From an uncultured Acidimicrobiia bacterium (lineage in GTDB: Bacteria > Actinomycetota > Acidimicrobiia > Spongiisociales > ZC4RG35), in assembly GCA_964195405.1 (NCBI GenBank), contig CAXMPK010000029.1, positions 33,229 through 97,228 on the forward strand: DNA of 64,000 nt. Reading direction: 5' to 3'. The notes beneath the pieces were generated by a model, which saw only the letters and a program-made list of their open reading frames with translations, made no database searches and was not told the DNA's origin. How positions within the stretch are numbered: the stretch's first letter is position 1; each line of letters opens with the position of its first letter. Below, piece by piece: positions 19,846 through 29,477 of the stretch. The translations under genes were made by a program, and so were the position numbers.

Positions 19846-20372
19846 CAGTCGACCTTGTGGGATTCTTTGAACTGGACAGGTACCGACCCAACACCAAAGT
19901 CCTTGCGCAGCGGATGTCCATCCCAGTCGTCTGGCATCAGGATTCGGGTCAGATCGGGGTGGCCGTCGAAGATGATCCCAAACATGTCGTAGACCTCACG
20001 TTCAGCGAAACCAGCGCCCGGCCATAGTGGCGTCAACGACTCGACTGTCGGATCCTCGCGGCCGATTGTGGTGCTGACACGAAGTCGAATGCGGTGCCTC
20101 ATCGACAACAGATTGGCCACGATTTCAAAGCGCTCAGGGCGTTGCCGCATCCAGTCGACGGCGGTGACGTCACAACAAACTTCGAATCCGGCCTTTTTGG
20201 CGGCCTCGGCAAATGCCTTCCAGGAGTCCGTTGGGACAGATGCGATGTCCTGACCCAGGGACTGTGAAAACGTCACATCCTCGAACCCCTCGGCGAGCCC
20301 AGCGAGTACCTGATTCATCTGAGGTTCCCAGTCACCGGACCACCCGATCTGGCCGGACGTTCCCGATCGCAT
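19845..20372 (-). CDS. nuoC: NADH-quinone oxidoreductase subunit C
   Basis: FAEREVYDMFGIIFDGHPDLTRILMPDDWDGHPLRKD. Start uncertain: ATG at 20372 lies 16 nt after the nuoB stop, or ATG at 20318. Confidence 0.85.
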   Translation of the reverse strand: MRSGTSGQIGWSGDWEPQMNQVLAGLAEGFEDVTFSQSLGQDIASVPTDSWKAFAEAAKKAGFEVCCDVTAVDWMRQRPERFEIVANLLSMRHRIRLRVSTTIGREDPTVESLTPLWPGAGFAEREVYDMFGIIFDGHPDLTRILMPDDWDGHPLRKDFGVGSVPVQFKESHKVD

Positions 20373-20388
20373 CGGGGACAATGCGATT

Positions 20389-20856
20389 TCATCGGACGAT
20401 TTCTCCCGCCATGATCTTGTCGTGAAGGGTGAGGATTCCGTGCAGGAGACTCTGTGGTCCCGGTGGGCAACCGGGCACATAGATGTCGACAGGGACGATC
20501 TGATCGACACCCTGGATCAGGGCATAGTTGTTGAACATCCCACCGGACGAGGCGCAGGCGCCCATCGAGACCACCCACTTCGGATCAGGCATCTGGTCAT
20601 AGACCTGTCGAAGCACCGGGGCCATCTTTTGGCTGACCCTTCCCGCAACAATCATCAAGTCAGCCTGCCGAGGCGAAGCACGGAACACCTCCATGCCAAA
20701 GCGAGCCAAGTCGTAGTGGGCGGTTCCAGTCGCCATCATCTCGATCGCGCAGCAAGCAAGGCCGAAGGTCGCTGGGAACATCGAACGGGTCCGTGCCCAG
20801 TTCGCAGCCCTCTCAACGGTGGTCATGAGAAGGTTGCCGGGAGGAGTGGTTGCCAC
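20389..20856 (-). CDS. nuoB: NADH-quinone oxidoreductase subunit B
   Basis: [22 protein letters not shown] and GCPP Cys ligands of cluster N2. GTG at 20856 ([15 protein letters not shown]) lies 11 nt after the nuoA stop; ATG at 20826 is the alternative. Confidence 0.9.
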   Translation of the reverse strand: MATTPPGNLLMTTVERAANWARTRSMFPATFGLACCAIEMMATGTAHYDLARFGMEVFRASPRQADLMIVAGRVSQKMAPVLRQVYDQMPDPKWVVSMGACASSGGMFNNYALIQGVDQIVPVDIYVPGCPPGPQSLLHGILTLHDKIMAGEIVR

Positions 20857-20867
20857 CGGTGCTCCGC

Positions 20868-21275
20868 CTAAGCCGCTTCTTGAGCCTGGTCGGGGAGGTA
20901 TCGGGCCCGACGCTTCACGTTCCAGTCGAGGGCACCGCGTTTCCACACGTACATCAAAGTCTCGACCACAAACCCCGTGAAGATCAGCATCGCAGCAACG
21001 CCGTACCAGCCCAGTTCGGTCCAGATCGAGGCCCAAGCGAACAAGAAGATGATCTCCACGTCGAAGATCACAAACAGCATGGCCACCAAATAGAACTTGA
21101 CAGGGAACCTCTGTGACGGTTCCACAACCGGGACGATTCCACACTCATAAGGGTCCAATTTCTCCGGAGTCGGTCGGTTCGGGCTGAAGAAGCTGGAAGC
21201 GACCAGTGACACGGTTACGAATGCTCCGGCCAGGAAGAGCATGATCGCAATGGGGAGATAGTCGGCGAGTGTCAC
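20868..21275 (-). CDS. nuoA: NADH-quinone oxidoreductase subunit A
   Basis: 135 aa, 3 TM, DPYECG motif, GTG start. First gene of the operon. Confidence 0.88.
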   Translation of the reverse strand: MTLADYLPIAIMLFLAGAFVTVSLVASSFFSPNRPTPEKLDPYECGIVPVVEPSQRFPVKFYLVAMLFVIFDVEIIFLFAWASIWTELGWYGVAAMLIFTGFVVETLMYVWKRGALDWNVKRRARYLPDQAQEAA

Positions 21276-21337
21276 GATTCTGAGCTTAGAACGGCCTCAA
21301 ACGGTGAGGTAATTCCCAACCACCTAACGTTCGTGCC

Positions 21338-22555
21338 ATGTTCGACATTGAGACCATCAGATCACGGTTCCCAGCATTGAATCGAACGGAGAATGGCTAC
21401 CCGGCCGCGTACCTGGATGGACCAGGGGGGACCCAGGTTCCCCATACCGTGATCGACGCGATGTCAGGGGTGCTCAATGATGGGGTTTCGAATCTGGGTG
21501 GTGGCTTCGGATCTTCTGACCTCGCCGACAAAGTCACTGCTGAAGCGCGGCAGGCCATGGCTGACATGTTCAACTGTGATCCAGGCGAAATCGTGTTCGG
21601 ACAAAACATGACCAGTCTCACTTTCGCCCTCAGCCGGGCGTTGGCTACCACCTGGAATTCGGGCGATGCGATTGTCCTAACCAGTCTCGACCACGATGCC
21701 AACTTCACGCCATGGGCTCGGGCAGCCGAAGACCGAGGTGTAGAGGTCCGGATCGCAGAATTCGATGTGGACAACTGGCTCCTCGATCCAGAAGCAGTCA
21801 TCGAATTGATCGACGAAAACGTGCGATTGGTAGCAGTGGCGTATTCATCGAATGCGCTGGGCACGATGATCGACATCCCACCGATCGCCGCCGCGGCCCA
21901 TGAATTTGGTGCAACCGTCTTCGTGGATGCCGTGCACGCCGGACCCCACCACCTGATCGACGTCGCCCAACTCGGATGCGACTTCCTTGCCGCTTCGGTC
22001 TACAAGTTCTTTGGGCCGCACACCGGTGTTCTCTATGGACGACACGATCTTCTCGCCGGGAGTAGCGCCTACAAGGTGCGTCCAGCCCCCTCCGACCCGC
22101 CAGGAAAGTGGGAAACAGGAACCCAGAGTTTCGAATCGCTCGCCGGTGTCACCGCAGCGGTCGACTACATCGCTTCATTGGGGTCTGACGGAGCCACTCG
22201 ACGAGGCTCACTCGAGATGGCTTTTGCCGAAATCAAGGACCATGAGGATGCACTGTCACGTAGTTTTGTTGTGGGATTGGGTCGGCTTCCAAAAGTGAAC
22301 CTATTCGGTGTGCCCGAGGTGAACAACGATCGTGGACCAACTTTCGCCATCTCCATCGATGGACATGAACCCGCGGCCGTCGCCGCCCATCTGGCGAGTC
22401 GCGGGGTCTATGTGTGGTCCGGCCACTACTACGCGGTCAACGTGATGCGCCAACTGGGTGTACTCGACCAGGGTGGCTTGGTGCGTGTCGGTTTCGTCCA
22501 CTACAACACCGAGACCGAAGTGAATCGGGCGCTCGAGGCGCTGGCCGAGGTCTAG
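21338..22555 (+). CDS. class-V aminotransferase / cysteine desulfurase-like PLP enzyme
   Basis: 405 aa. N-terminal IRSRFPAL..YLDGPGGTQ and a PLP-Lys region SVYKFFGPHTGVLYG typical of the SufS/Csd-related subfamily. Divergent from nuoA. Confidence 0.75.
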   Translation: MFDIETIRSRFPALNRTENGYPAAYLDGPGGTQVPHTVIDAMSGVLNDGVSNLGGGFGSSDLADKVTAEARQAMADMFNCDPGEIVFGQNMTSLTFALSRALATTWNSGDAIVLTSLDHDANFTPWARAAEDRGVEVRIAEFDVDNWLLDPEAVIELIDENVRLVAVAYSSNALGTMIDIPPIAAAAHEFGATVFVDAVHAGPHHLIDVAQLGCDFLAASVYKFFGPHTGVLYGRHDLLAGSSAYKVRPAPSDPPGKWETGTQSFESLAGVTAAVDYIASLGSDGATRRGSLEMAFAEIKDHEDALSRSFVVGLGRLPKVNLFGVPEVNNDRGPTFAISIDGHEPAAVAAHLASRGVYVWSGHYYAVNVMRQLGVLDQGGLVRVGFVHYNTETEVNRALEALAEV

Positions 22556-22565
22556 GAGTCTGCTC

Positions 22566-23285
22566 CTAGTCGATCAGCAGATCGGCCAGGTCGGCGATGT
22601 CGCCAACGACGACGTCGGGCATGTCGGCGGGAATACTCCAAACGGCGCCAGGCCGTTTGACGAAGACGGTGCCGGCACCTGCTGCTGTGGCCCCCGCACA
22701 GTCCCAGTCATGGGCGGCCACAAGTGTCAGGTCACCAATGGCTACACCCATCACCCGGGCTGCGTGGAGGTAAGGAGCGGGATCGGGCTTGAAACGCCCG
22801 ACCTCCTCAACTGAGATCACCCTTTGCAGATAGGAGGCAAGCCCGGCGCTCTCGATCTGGTCGGTGGCCACCACCGTGGAACTGTTGGTGAGGGCAACCA
22901 TCACGAACCCTGCCCCGTCGAGACGCTGGAGAGCCTCGGGAACGTCGGGATGAGGAGGAAGACTCATCATCTCCGACATCACATCGACGGCTTCCTCGCC
23001 ACGGAGCGAGAGCCCTCTCTTCACGGCAACGGTGAGAAGGGCCTCAACACCAATGTCGCCAAAAGGGCGGTAGTTGTCGATGGCGTTGGCGACCAGTGAG
23101 CCATGCAGCATGCGGGCGAACCACTCACCCACCGGAGGGTCCACTCCGAAAATGGCTTCGAGTCTTGCCTGGATCGGGGAGAGGCTGAGCAACGTCTCGT
23201 TGACATCGAAGGCGATCAGAGGCGGCTTGTTCATCACCATGTGATCGTATCGGTCAACATCCGAGGAATCTCGAGTCTTCGCCAT
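22566..23285 (-). CDS. HAD-superfamily hydrolase (haloacid dehalogenase type II-like)
   Basis: LIAFDVNETLL (DxxxT motif I), TNSS (motif II) and VAAHDWD near the C-terminus. Start could be a later ATG. Confidence 0.7.
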   Translation of the reverse strand: MAKTRDSSDVDRYDHMVMNKPPLIAFDVNETLLSLSPIQARLEAIFGVDPPVGEWFARMLHGSLVANAIDNYRPFGDIGVEALLTVAVKRGLSLRGEEAVDVMSEMMSLPPHPDVPEALQRLDGAGFVMVALTNSSTVVATDQIESAGLASYLQRVISVEEVGRFKPDPAPYLHAARVMGVAIGDLTLVAAHDWDCAGATAAGAGTVFVKRPGAVWSIPADMPDVVVGDIADLADLLID

Positions 23286-23523
23286 TTCAGAAATTGCTTA
23301 TCGGATGCCGATAAGACTGAATGAAACGGAAGGGAGATCTTCTTTCGATCCGCAGGAGGGTCTCATGGTCGCGTTCGCAACTGTGACGGAGAACATCTCG
23401 CTCTACTGGCCGGCAGCGGTGGGCTTGGGCCTGGTGGCCTCAGTACTGCTTTGGATCGGGTTGAGGAAGCGGCAACCCGATGAAGAAAGACCTCGCCTCG
23501 AAAACTAAGAGGGTCGCTAGGTA

Positions 23524-24762
23524 CTACGTGGTGGGGAGGGTGCGGACGATGGCCGCCAGAGAGTCATAGGCCCGCTCACCGATCTGCTTCTCGTCCTCAT
23601 CTAGGAGGTTGGCCATCACCTTGAGAGTCCACTCCATCAGAGAGCGATTGCGCAGACCGGTGTGAGCGACCGTCCTCATCACCGATGGGTACCCGATCAG
23701 CTTCACAAAGATCCGCGACATCTTGTAATACAGGCCGTATTCGTCTTCGAGCCGCTGTGGATAGCGCTTCAATCCACCCATTTCGCCCGACTCAACCGCC
23801 TTCCCCACATACTCAGCAGCGATCCGACCGGTCTCATAGGCGTATGAGATACCTTCGCCGTTCCATGGATTGATCGCTCCGGCGGCGTCCCCGACGGTGA
23901 TCCAATTGGCCCCGACAAGCGGGCTCTTCGAAAACGACATCGTCAGTTTGCCTCCAAGCGGCTTGGTCAACTGTGACTCCGGACTCAACTGCCAGTGGTC
24001 GGGTGCGGTGGCGACGTAGTCGTTCATCATTTTGGTGGTGTTGACTTGTTTCCACCGTTTGAAAGTCGAGAGCAGTCCGACACCGACATTGATCGTTCCG
24101 TCCCCCAACGGGAAGACCCACCCATAACCCGGCATGGTGGCGCCCGATGAGTCTCTCAGGTCGAGCTGGCTCTCGAGAAATGGGTCCTCCGACCTCGGCG
24201 ATGAGTAATAACCCCTTGCTGCCATCCCCATCGGATAGTCCTTGCGACGTGCGGTCCCCAGATCTCGACCGAACCGGTTCATCGAGCCGTCAGCGATGAT
24301 GGTGAGGTCCGGCGTGGCGGTTTCCGAACCGGAGCCGTTTGACAGACTCATTGAAGTGAGCAGACCCTCCTCAATCACAGGGGTGGCTGTCGTCTTCTCC
24401 AGAATGGTGACGCCCTCCTTCTCAGCGAGACGGGCAACCTGTTCATCGAGATCGCGACGACGTATCACACCGCCCCAGTTGGGAAACCGACTGTGCTCAG
24501 GCCATGGCATTTCAATCATTAGGTCGTCGCCTGCGTAGGAGCGAAGCCCGGTGATCTTGTGGAAACCAGTGACATCAAAATCGAAGCCCATATCTTGGAG
24601 CTGCAAGATCGCTCGTGGAGTGAGACCGTCACCACACGTCTTGTCGCGCGGGTACTCCTTCTTCTCCACCAGGGTCACCTGATGGCCGTCCCTCGCAAGC
24701 CAGTATGCGGCCGCCGACCCGGCCGGACCGCCTCCTACAACGAGAACCGATGGTGTGGACAT
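23524..24762 (-). CDS. FAD-dependent geranylgeranyl reductase family oxidoreductase (MenJ-like)
   Basis: VLVVGGGPAGSAAAYWLARDGHQVTLVEKKEYPRDKTCGDGLTPRA, which is the GxGxxG fold plus the CGDGL motif of geranylgeranyl reductases. ATG at 24762. Confidence 0.8.
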   Translation of the reverse strand: MSTPSVLVVGGGPAGSAAAYWLARDGHQVTLVEKKEYPRDKTCGDGLTPRAILQLQDMGFDFDVTGFHKITGLRSYAGDDLMIEMPWPEHSRFPNWGGVIRRRDLDEQVARLAEKEGVTILEKTTATPVIEEGLLTSMSLSNGSGSETATPDLTIIADGSMNRFGRDLGTARRKDYPMGMAARGYYSSPRSEDPFLESQLDLRDSSGATMPGYGWVFPLGDGTINVGVGLLSTFKRWKQVNTTKMMNDYVATAPDHWQLSPESQLTKPLGGKLTMSFSKSPLVGANWITVGDAAGAINPWNGEGISYAYETGRIAAEYVGKAVESGEMGGLKRYPQRLEDEYGLYYKMSRIFVKLIGYPSVMRTVAHTGLRNRSLMEWTLKVMANLLDEDEKQIGERAYDSLAAIVRTLPTT

Positions 24763-24812
24763 GTCGGAGACGAGGGTAGAAGGCGTGGATTGATAGACCG
24801 AAAAACAGATGT

Positions 24813-25433
24813 ATGGTCGCCGACATGAGCGGTCTCTCCCGAGCAACCGTCGCACGCCTCCCCCGATACCTGCGGCTTATTGAAGATGGCGAAAGCACCA
24901 ACGAGACAATCAGTTCCGAAGCGCTTGCTTCGGCTGCCGGGGTAAACGCTGCGAACGTCAGACGCGATCTCTCCGACCTAGGTTTTCAAGGGACCAGGGG
25001 CGTCGGGTACTCGGCCCCTGCCCTCAGGGACCGGATTCGACGCGAGCTCGGGATCGAGAATCGACGCAAGGTGGCGATTATCGGTGCCGGAAACTTGGGC
25101 ACTGCCCTCGCTCGCTACTCCGGGCTCAGTAAGCGTGGCTTTGATGTCGTAGCTATCTATGACATCGACATTGGGCGGATTGGACAACTAGTAGGCGAAG
25201 TCAAGATCCAGGATCTGGCTGAAATGCCGTCTGATTGCAGTTTCGGTTGTTTTGACATGGCGATCCTCGCGGTACCGGCAACCTCGGCACAGTCCGTCTG
25301 CCAAGAGCTTGTCAGCGCCGGAATCGCCTCCATCCTCAACTTCGCCCCGATCCGGGTGACCGTGCCAGAGAGCGTTGCGGTGAGACAGGTCGACCTCTCA
25401 ACCGAGCTCCAGATCCTCAGCTACTACGGATAA
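24813..25433 (+). CDS. rex: redox-sensing transcriptional repressor Rex
   Basis: ATVARLPRYLRLI winged-helix N-terminus, GVGYSAPALRDRI, and Rossmann IIGAGNLGTALA. 206 aa. Confidence 0.88.
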   Translation: MVADMSGLSRATVARLPRYLRLIEDGESTNETISSEALASAAGVNAANVRRDLSDLGFQGTRGVGYSAPALRDRIRRELGIENRRKVAIIGAGNLGTALARYSGLSKRGFDVVAIYDIDIGRIGQLVGEVKIQDLAEMPSDCSFGCFDMAILAVPATSAQSVCQELVSAGIASILNFAPIRVTVPESVAVRQVDLSTELQILSYYG

Positions 25434-25440
25434 TTTGCAG

Positions 25441-25489
25441 TGTTGCTATAGCAAGACGGTGCGGTTTTCGATCCGTTATGCACTCTCGA
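25441..25489. repeat. left arm of a 49-bp inverted repeat (47/49; 34-bp perfect core) flanking the DUF559 gene
   Basis: 25441-25474 gttgctatagcaagacggtgcggttttcgatccg is the exact reverse complement of 26472-26505. Pairing continues with 2 mismatches to 25489/26457. Contains the 12-bp palindrome ttgctatagcaa. Confidence 0.95.
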
Positions 25490-25493
25490 CAAG

Positions 25494-26471
25494 GTGGTTG
25501 AAGCGCTTCGCCAAATAGGGAAAGGTGGAGCCGTGGCAGACCAACGTGCGATAGAGAAGCTCGCCGCAAATCAACATGGTGTATTCAGTGCTACCCAAGT
25601 GAGAGAAGCCGGATTCAACCGTCACGCGGTTCAGAGAAAGCTGGCATCCTCGAGGTGGGTTCAACTCGACTACCGGGTGTTTGGGGTTGCGTCAGCACCG
25701 TCGACTTGGGAACGCCAGATGTGGGTTGCGATTCTCAGTAGACCCACGGCCTCGGTTGGAGGCCGTTCGGCCGCCTACATGCACGGACTGCGAGGGTTTG
25801 CACAAGGCCGTCCGGTGATCGTCGTGCCAGGCAGCTCCAACGCACGGTCAGAGGTCGCTCGGGTAATTCGTGCCGAGCATTATCCGGAGCTGAAAGCCGT
25901 CAATGTTGCTGGATTTCCAGTGACATCCGTCGCGGAGACAATCGTTTGCCTGGCGTCGGAACTAGGTCCCGGTCACCTGGAGTCAGTTTTCGACGACGCC
26001 CTGCTCGCCCACAAACTCGATCTCCATGATGTGGGTGCAATCCTCGAGCGCGAGATTGGACGGCGTCGCAGGGGCATCGTGCGAGTCAGAAACCTCTTCG
26101 AAGAGAAGGGTGAGGATGCCCCGACCCTGGATGCGAGCTACTTAGAAGGCATGCTCGAACAGCTCATCAATCGGGGTCCCCTGCCAGTCTGGGATAGGGA
26201 ACACCCTGTCCTCCTCTCCGGTCGACGATCCCGTGTCGACCTGTTCATCCCGGATTGGCAACTCGTGGTGGAAGTAGACGGGAGATCGTGGCATGCCCGG
26301 ACCGACGCATTCGAGTTGGACCGAGAGCGCGATAACCAACTCGCCTCCCGCGGCATCCAGGTCCTTCGCTTTACGTTCCGCATGCTCAAGGAGGATCCGG
26401 ACGCATGTTTTGAGATAATTCTGGCGACAGGCCACGCTCGCAGCGTCGAGGCGGGGGTCGAGCGTGCATAG
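25494..26471 (+). CDS. AbiEi-like HTH N-terminal domain / DUF559 (Vsr-like endonuclease fold) C-terminal domain protein
   Basis: N-terminus KLAANQHGVFSATQVREAGFNRHAVQRKLASSRWVQLDYRVFGV. C-terminus VDLFIPDWQLVVEVDGRSWHARTDAFELDRERDNQLASRGIQVLRFTF, typical of DUF559. Confidence 0.75.
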   Translation: MVEALRQIGKGGAVADQRAIEKLAANQHGVFSATQVREAGFNRHAVQRKLASSRWVQLDYRVFGVASAPSTWERQMWVAILSRPTASVGGRSAAYMHGLRGFAQGRPVIVVPGSSNARSEVARVIRAEHYPELKAVNVAGFPVTSVAETIVCLASELGPGHLESVFDDALLAHKLDLHDVGAILEREIGRRRRGIVRVRNLFEEKGEDAPTLDASYLEGMLEQLINRGPLPVWDREHPVLLSGRRSRVDLFIPDWQLVVEVDGRSWHARTDAFELDRERDNQLASRGIQVLRFTFRMLKEDPDACFEIILATGHARSVEAGVERA

Positions 26472-26505
26472 CGGATCGAAAACCGCACCGTCTTGCTATA
26501 GCAAC
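26457..26505. repeat. right arm of the 49-bp inverted repeat flanking the DUF559 gene
   Basis: Reverse complement of 25441-25489 (47/49). The inner 15 nt overlap the last codons and stop (26469-26471) of the DUF559 gene. Confidence 0.95.
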
Positions 26506-26518
26506 GCCACTGGGGGGG

Positions 26519-26884
26519 TTAGGTGACGGCCCCTTCTTGGGACTCTTCGAATTGGTGGAGAGCCACCAGGAAGACCAGAAAGAGAACAAGTGAAACCAGT
26601 AGATAGGTGATTGGGATCACCCTTATCTCGAGGGAGTTGAGACCTTCGATATTGTCGGGCTTCGGTCCGCGCGGCGCGTAGACCACAAAGAGCATCGACG
26701 TGATCGAGAGCCAACCGAAGACGGCAGCACCGGTTACCAAAAACCCAAGCTTCTTACCGAGGTTGGTGTAGCTGAAGAGATAGATCGACCCGAAGAACAA
26801 CAGCACTGCTGCGGCGAACAGCAGAACCCCGGTGACAAAGAGATTCGCCGAGAGAAGTGATCTGAAAAGCTCACGGAAGAACAT
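26519..26884 (-). CDS. small integral membrane protein (4 TM), last gene of the Rieske/cyt b operon
   Basis: 121 aa, hydrophobic. Start overlaps the cytochrome c stop by 14 nt. No family recognised. Confidence 0.55.
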   Translation of the reverse strand: MFFRELFRSLLSANLFVTGVLLFAAAVLLFFGSIYLFSYTNLGKKLGFLVTGAAVFGWLSITSMLFVVYAPRGPKPDNIEGLNSLEIRVIPITYLLVSLVLFLVFLVALHQFEESQEGAVT

Positions 26885-28592
26885 CGGCTACCACCCCGTC
26901 TAGTTTGCTTGCCCGCAGATACCTCGCCAAAAGGTCTATATCCTCTGCCGAAAGAATCGCTCCAAAAGCGGGCATTCGACCAGATCCGAAACCGTTGATC
27001 CCGTAAGGCTCCTCTGCTTCGGATCCCTTGATCAGCCATTGGATCAACAAGTCGTCTGCAGGCTCTGCGTAGTCCTCGGCAAACCCAAACTGGATTATCG
27101 GGCGCCCATCCCAAAGAGCCGGGCCAAAACCACCCGAACCGACCGGGCCGGTGTAGGGGACACCGGCACTGAAGCTGGCGGTGTGACAACGGGCACAGTT
27201 GGCATTGAACAAGGTCACTGCCCGCTGCGCTTCTTCTTCGCTCACTTCCATGGCGGCCGCGACGCCGGGGATGTCGATCTCCCACAGACGTAGTTGCTGT
27301 GAGTCTTGCAGGAATGCCAGACCCTCTTCCTGCTGAGGCAGAATTCGATCCACGTTCTCTACCGCCACAGAAGTGTTGATCGCAGTGGACTCCATGCCAC
27401 CGACAATGGTGCGGGCGGTTTCCAAGTCAGGCACACCGGTGACCGATTCCGGGTTGGTCGGATCGAGTACCACTTCGGCAATCGACGACGGGATGGTCGC
27501 CCCAGTGGCCTCAGCCATCTGGCCGGTGATCGCACTCTCTGCCGCGTCGCCAATACTGTCGCCATCGGTGTCCGGATTCTCTTCGCTGATCTCGTCATTG
27601 GCGAGAATCTCCTCGACCGCGGTCAGGTTCAATTTGAGAATCGGGTCCTTTTCGATCGCGTCCTCCAGCTGGGCGATCGCCTCATCGGCTTTCTCAGCGT
27701 CAGCCACTGTGGGATCGAGCACGATCGCATCAACCTCCCGGTAGTAATCAACCGCAGCTGTTGAGAGCTCGGAAAGCTCTTGCTCGGCTGTGTCGGACAA
27801 ACCGTCAGCATCGGTGTCGATGCCGATATCGGCCGAATCGAGAATGGCCCGAGCCGAGTCCGTAACGGGAACAATGAAGTCACGATCGTCGGGTGCCTGC
27901 TCGACTTCAGCCACCACCTGCTCCTGGTTGACGATTGCCAACTCAATAGCGACGTCGGCGTTGTCGAGACGACTGGTTTGAACGGCCAACATCGCCGGGG
28001 TCTTGTCCACCGCGGCCTGCTGAGAGATCTGAATCGTTGCCAGATAGTTGACGACATCATCAACCTGGGCCTCGTTCATAGGACCTCCGCCAGCCAAACC
28101 CCAGGCGGGCATTGGCGTGTTGCCACGGCCGAAGGTGACCCAGAAGTTGAGCTCGCTCTTGTCGAAGCGATATAAGACGTCGTCGAGGGACGGCGCGGCC
28201 CACGAGACCGCGACACCAGACCGCTTCTCGACAAAAGAGGCGATCCCACCTACGCCGAGAGGACCATGACAATCGAAACACCCGAACTCCTCGACGAGAT
28301 GCTCACCACGTTCGATCGACTCGTGTGCGAATTCCTCGACGAAACCCTCCTGGCGATCGGTCTCACCTAGGAAGTAGAGCGGCAAGGAAATGGCGAGAAA
28401 GGCCGAGCATGCGATGGCAACTTTTTGACCTTTCTCTAGGCGTCTGGTCTCCAGTTGCTGATCATCAATGCCTGGTTTGAGATTGGGTGCAACCTCTTCG
28501 CCTCCACGGTTGCGAAGCGCCGACACAACCATCAGGCCAAGCCAAAGGATTCCGGCGACAACCGCGAGGACAATGATGATGTCGGCAGGCAT
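26871..28592 (-). CDS. membrane-anchored diheme cytochrome c with a large acidic insert
   Basis: N-terminal TM helix. CFDCH at about residue 105 and CARCH at about residue 466. GNTPMPAWG and GSGRMPAFG Met-ligand regions. About 250 aa of Asp/Glu-rich sequence lie between the two heme domains. Confidence 0.85.
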   Translation of the reverse strand: MPADIIIVLAVVAGILWLGLMVVSALRNRGGEEVAPNLKPGIDDQQLETRRLEKGQKVAIACSAFLAISLPLYFLGETDRQEGFVEEFAHESIERGEHLVEEFGCFDCHGPLGVGGIASFVEKRSGVAVSWAAPSLDDVLYRFDKSELNFWVTFGRGNTPMPAWGLAGGGPMNEAQVDDVVNYLATIQISQQAAVDKTPAMLAVQTSRLDNADVAIELAIVNQEQVVAEVEQAPDDRDFIVPVTDSARAILDSADIGIDTDADGLSDTAEQELSELSTAAVDYYREVDAIVLDPTVADAEKADEAIAQLEDAIEKDPILKLNLTAVEEILANDEISEENPDTDGDSIGDAAESAITGQMAEATGATIPSSIAEVVLDPTNPESVTGVPDLETARTIVGGMESTAINTSVAVENVDRILPQQEEGLAFLQDSQQLRLWEIDIPGVAAAMEVSEEEAQRAVTLFNANCARCHTASFSAGVPYTGPVGSGGFGPALWDGRPIIQFGFAEDYAEPADDLLIQWLIKGSEAEEPYGINGFGSGRMPAFGAILSAEDIDLLARYLRASKLDGVVADVLP

Positions 28593-28595
28593 CCC

Positions 28596-29477
28596 CTACG
28601 CACCACCGATACAGCTGGGGCCTTGGGGGTAATTGATTGTCAGGATTGGCGCCCGCGGAGTCTCCACGACCTGACCGGTGCGGATGATCAAACGATTGTT
28701 CTGGTTTTCGACGACGAAACGGTCGAGGTTGCGGGGAGCGGGGCCGGCAAAATACTGGCCGATCGAATTGTATTTCGACCCATGGCATGGGCACTCAAAA
28801 CCCTGTGAAGGACCACACCAGGGCACACGACACCCAAGGTGGACACACCTTTGGAACAGAGCCATCAGATTGTCTGTGGTGACACTCCTTCCGGCGAACT
28901 GCTCGGAGACGGACGAGGCAGGAGCTGGAACGATATAGGCCTTGGCCTCGGGGACGAACAGTGGCAGGATCGATCCATCTGATGCGAAGACGGCCGTCTG
29001 GATTGCGCCGATTTCACCGGCGTCAACATCAGATCCAAATCCTCCGCTCAGCTTTGGCCAGAAGAACGCCAGATAATAAATCCCCTGCATACCCAAGAAT
29101 GCGAAAAAGGTGGCGCCAAGTGCCCTGTTGAAGAACTGCCGCCGGGTAACCCCCGATTCCTCCGGCGCCACCTCGACAACACGCTGAGTCTCCAATACTG
29201 CGACTGCAGTCGTCACCGTTTCGGCAGCAGGCTCGATCTCAACCACGGCCTCTTCGGCCGCGACCTCGTCGACCGGCTGCTCATCCAGCGTCGGAATGGG
29301 ATCAACCCGGACACCGTCCATCGAGCGGTCTGACTTCAGCGTCTCGTTGCTCAGTCCGGCGCCGGCATCGATTGGCTTCTCCTTCTCCGAACGCCGGTAG
29401 GCGATCGTAAAGGCGCCTACCGCCCCAAGAATGGCGAATAAGGCCACCCCGATCAGGACCATGTCGGTAAAACTCAT
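28596..29477 (-). CDS. Rieske [2Fe-2S] subunit
   Basis: CVHLGCRV ... CPCHGSKY Rieske boxes. Internal twin-arginine motif TRRQFFNRALGA after an N-terminal TM helix. Confidence 0.9.
   Translation of the reverse strand: MSFTDMVLIGVALFAILGAVGAFTIAYRRSEKEKPIDAGAGLSNETLKSDRSMDGVRVDPIPTLDEQPVDEVAAEEAVVEIEPAAETVTTAVAVLETQRVVEVAPEESGVTRRQFFNRALGATFFAFLGMQGIYYLAFFWPKLSGGFGSDVDAGEIGAIQTAVFASDGSILPLFVPEAKAYIVPAPASSVSEQFAGRSVTTDNLMALFQRCVHLGCRVPWCGPSQGFECPCHGSKYNSIGQYFAGPAPRNLDRFVVENQNNRLIIRTGQVVETPRAPILTINYPQGPSCIGGA

Noticed and set aside
21277-21290. 12/14 palindrome TTCTGAGCTTAGAA adjacent to the nuoA start
   Set aside because: It is short and imperfect and matches no operator consensus I know. It is probably a chance occurrence.
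23305-23508. 67-aa ORF with one hydrophobic segment between the HAD gene and the reductase gene
   Set aside because: It is plausible as a small membrane protein. However, there is no RBS or family support and the start is ambiguous, so it is not listed as a feature.
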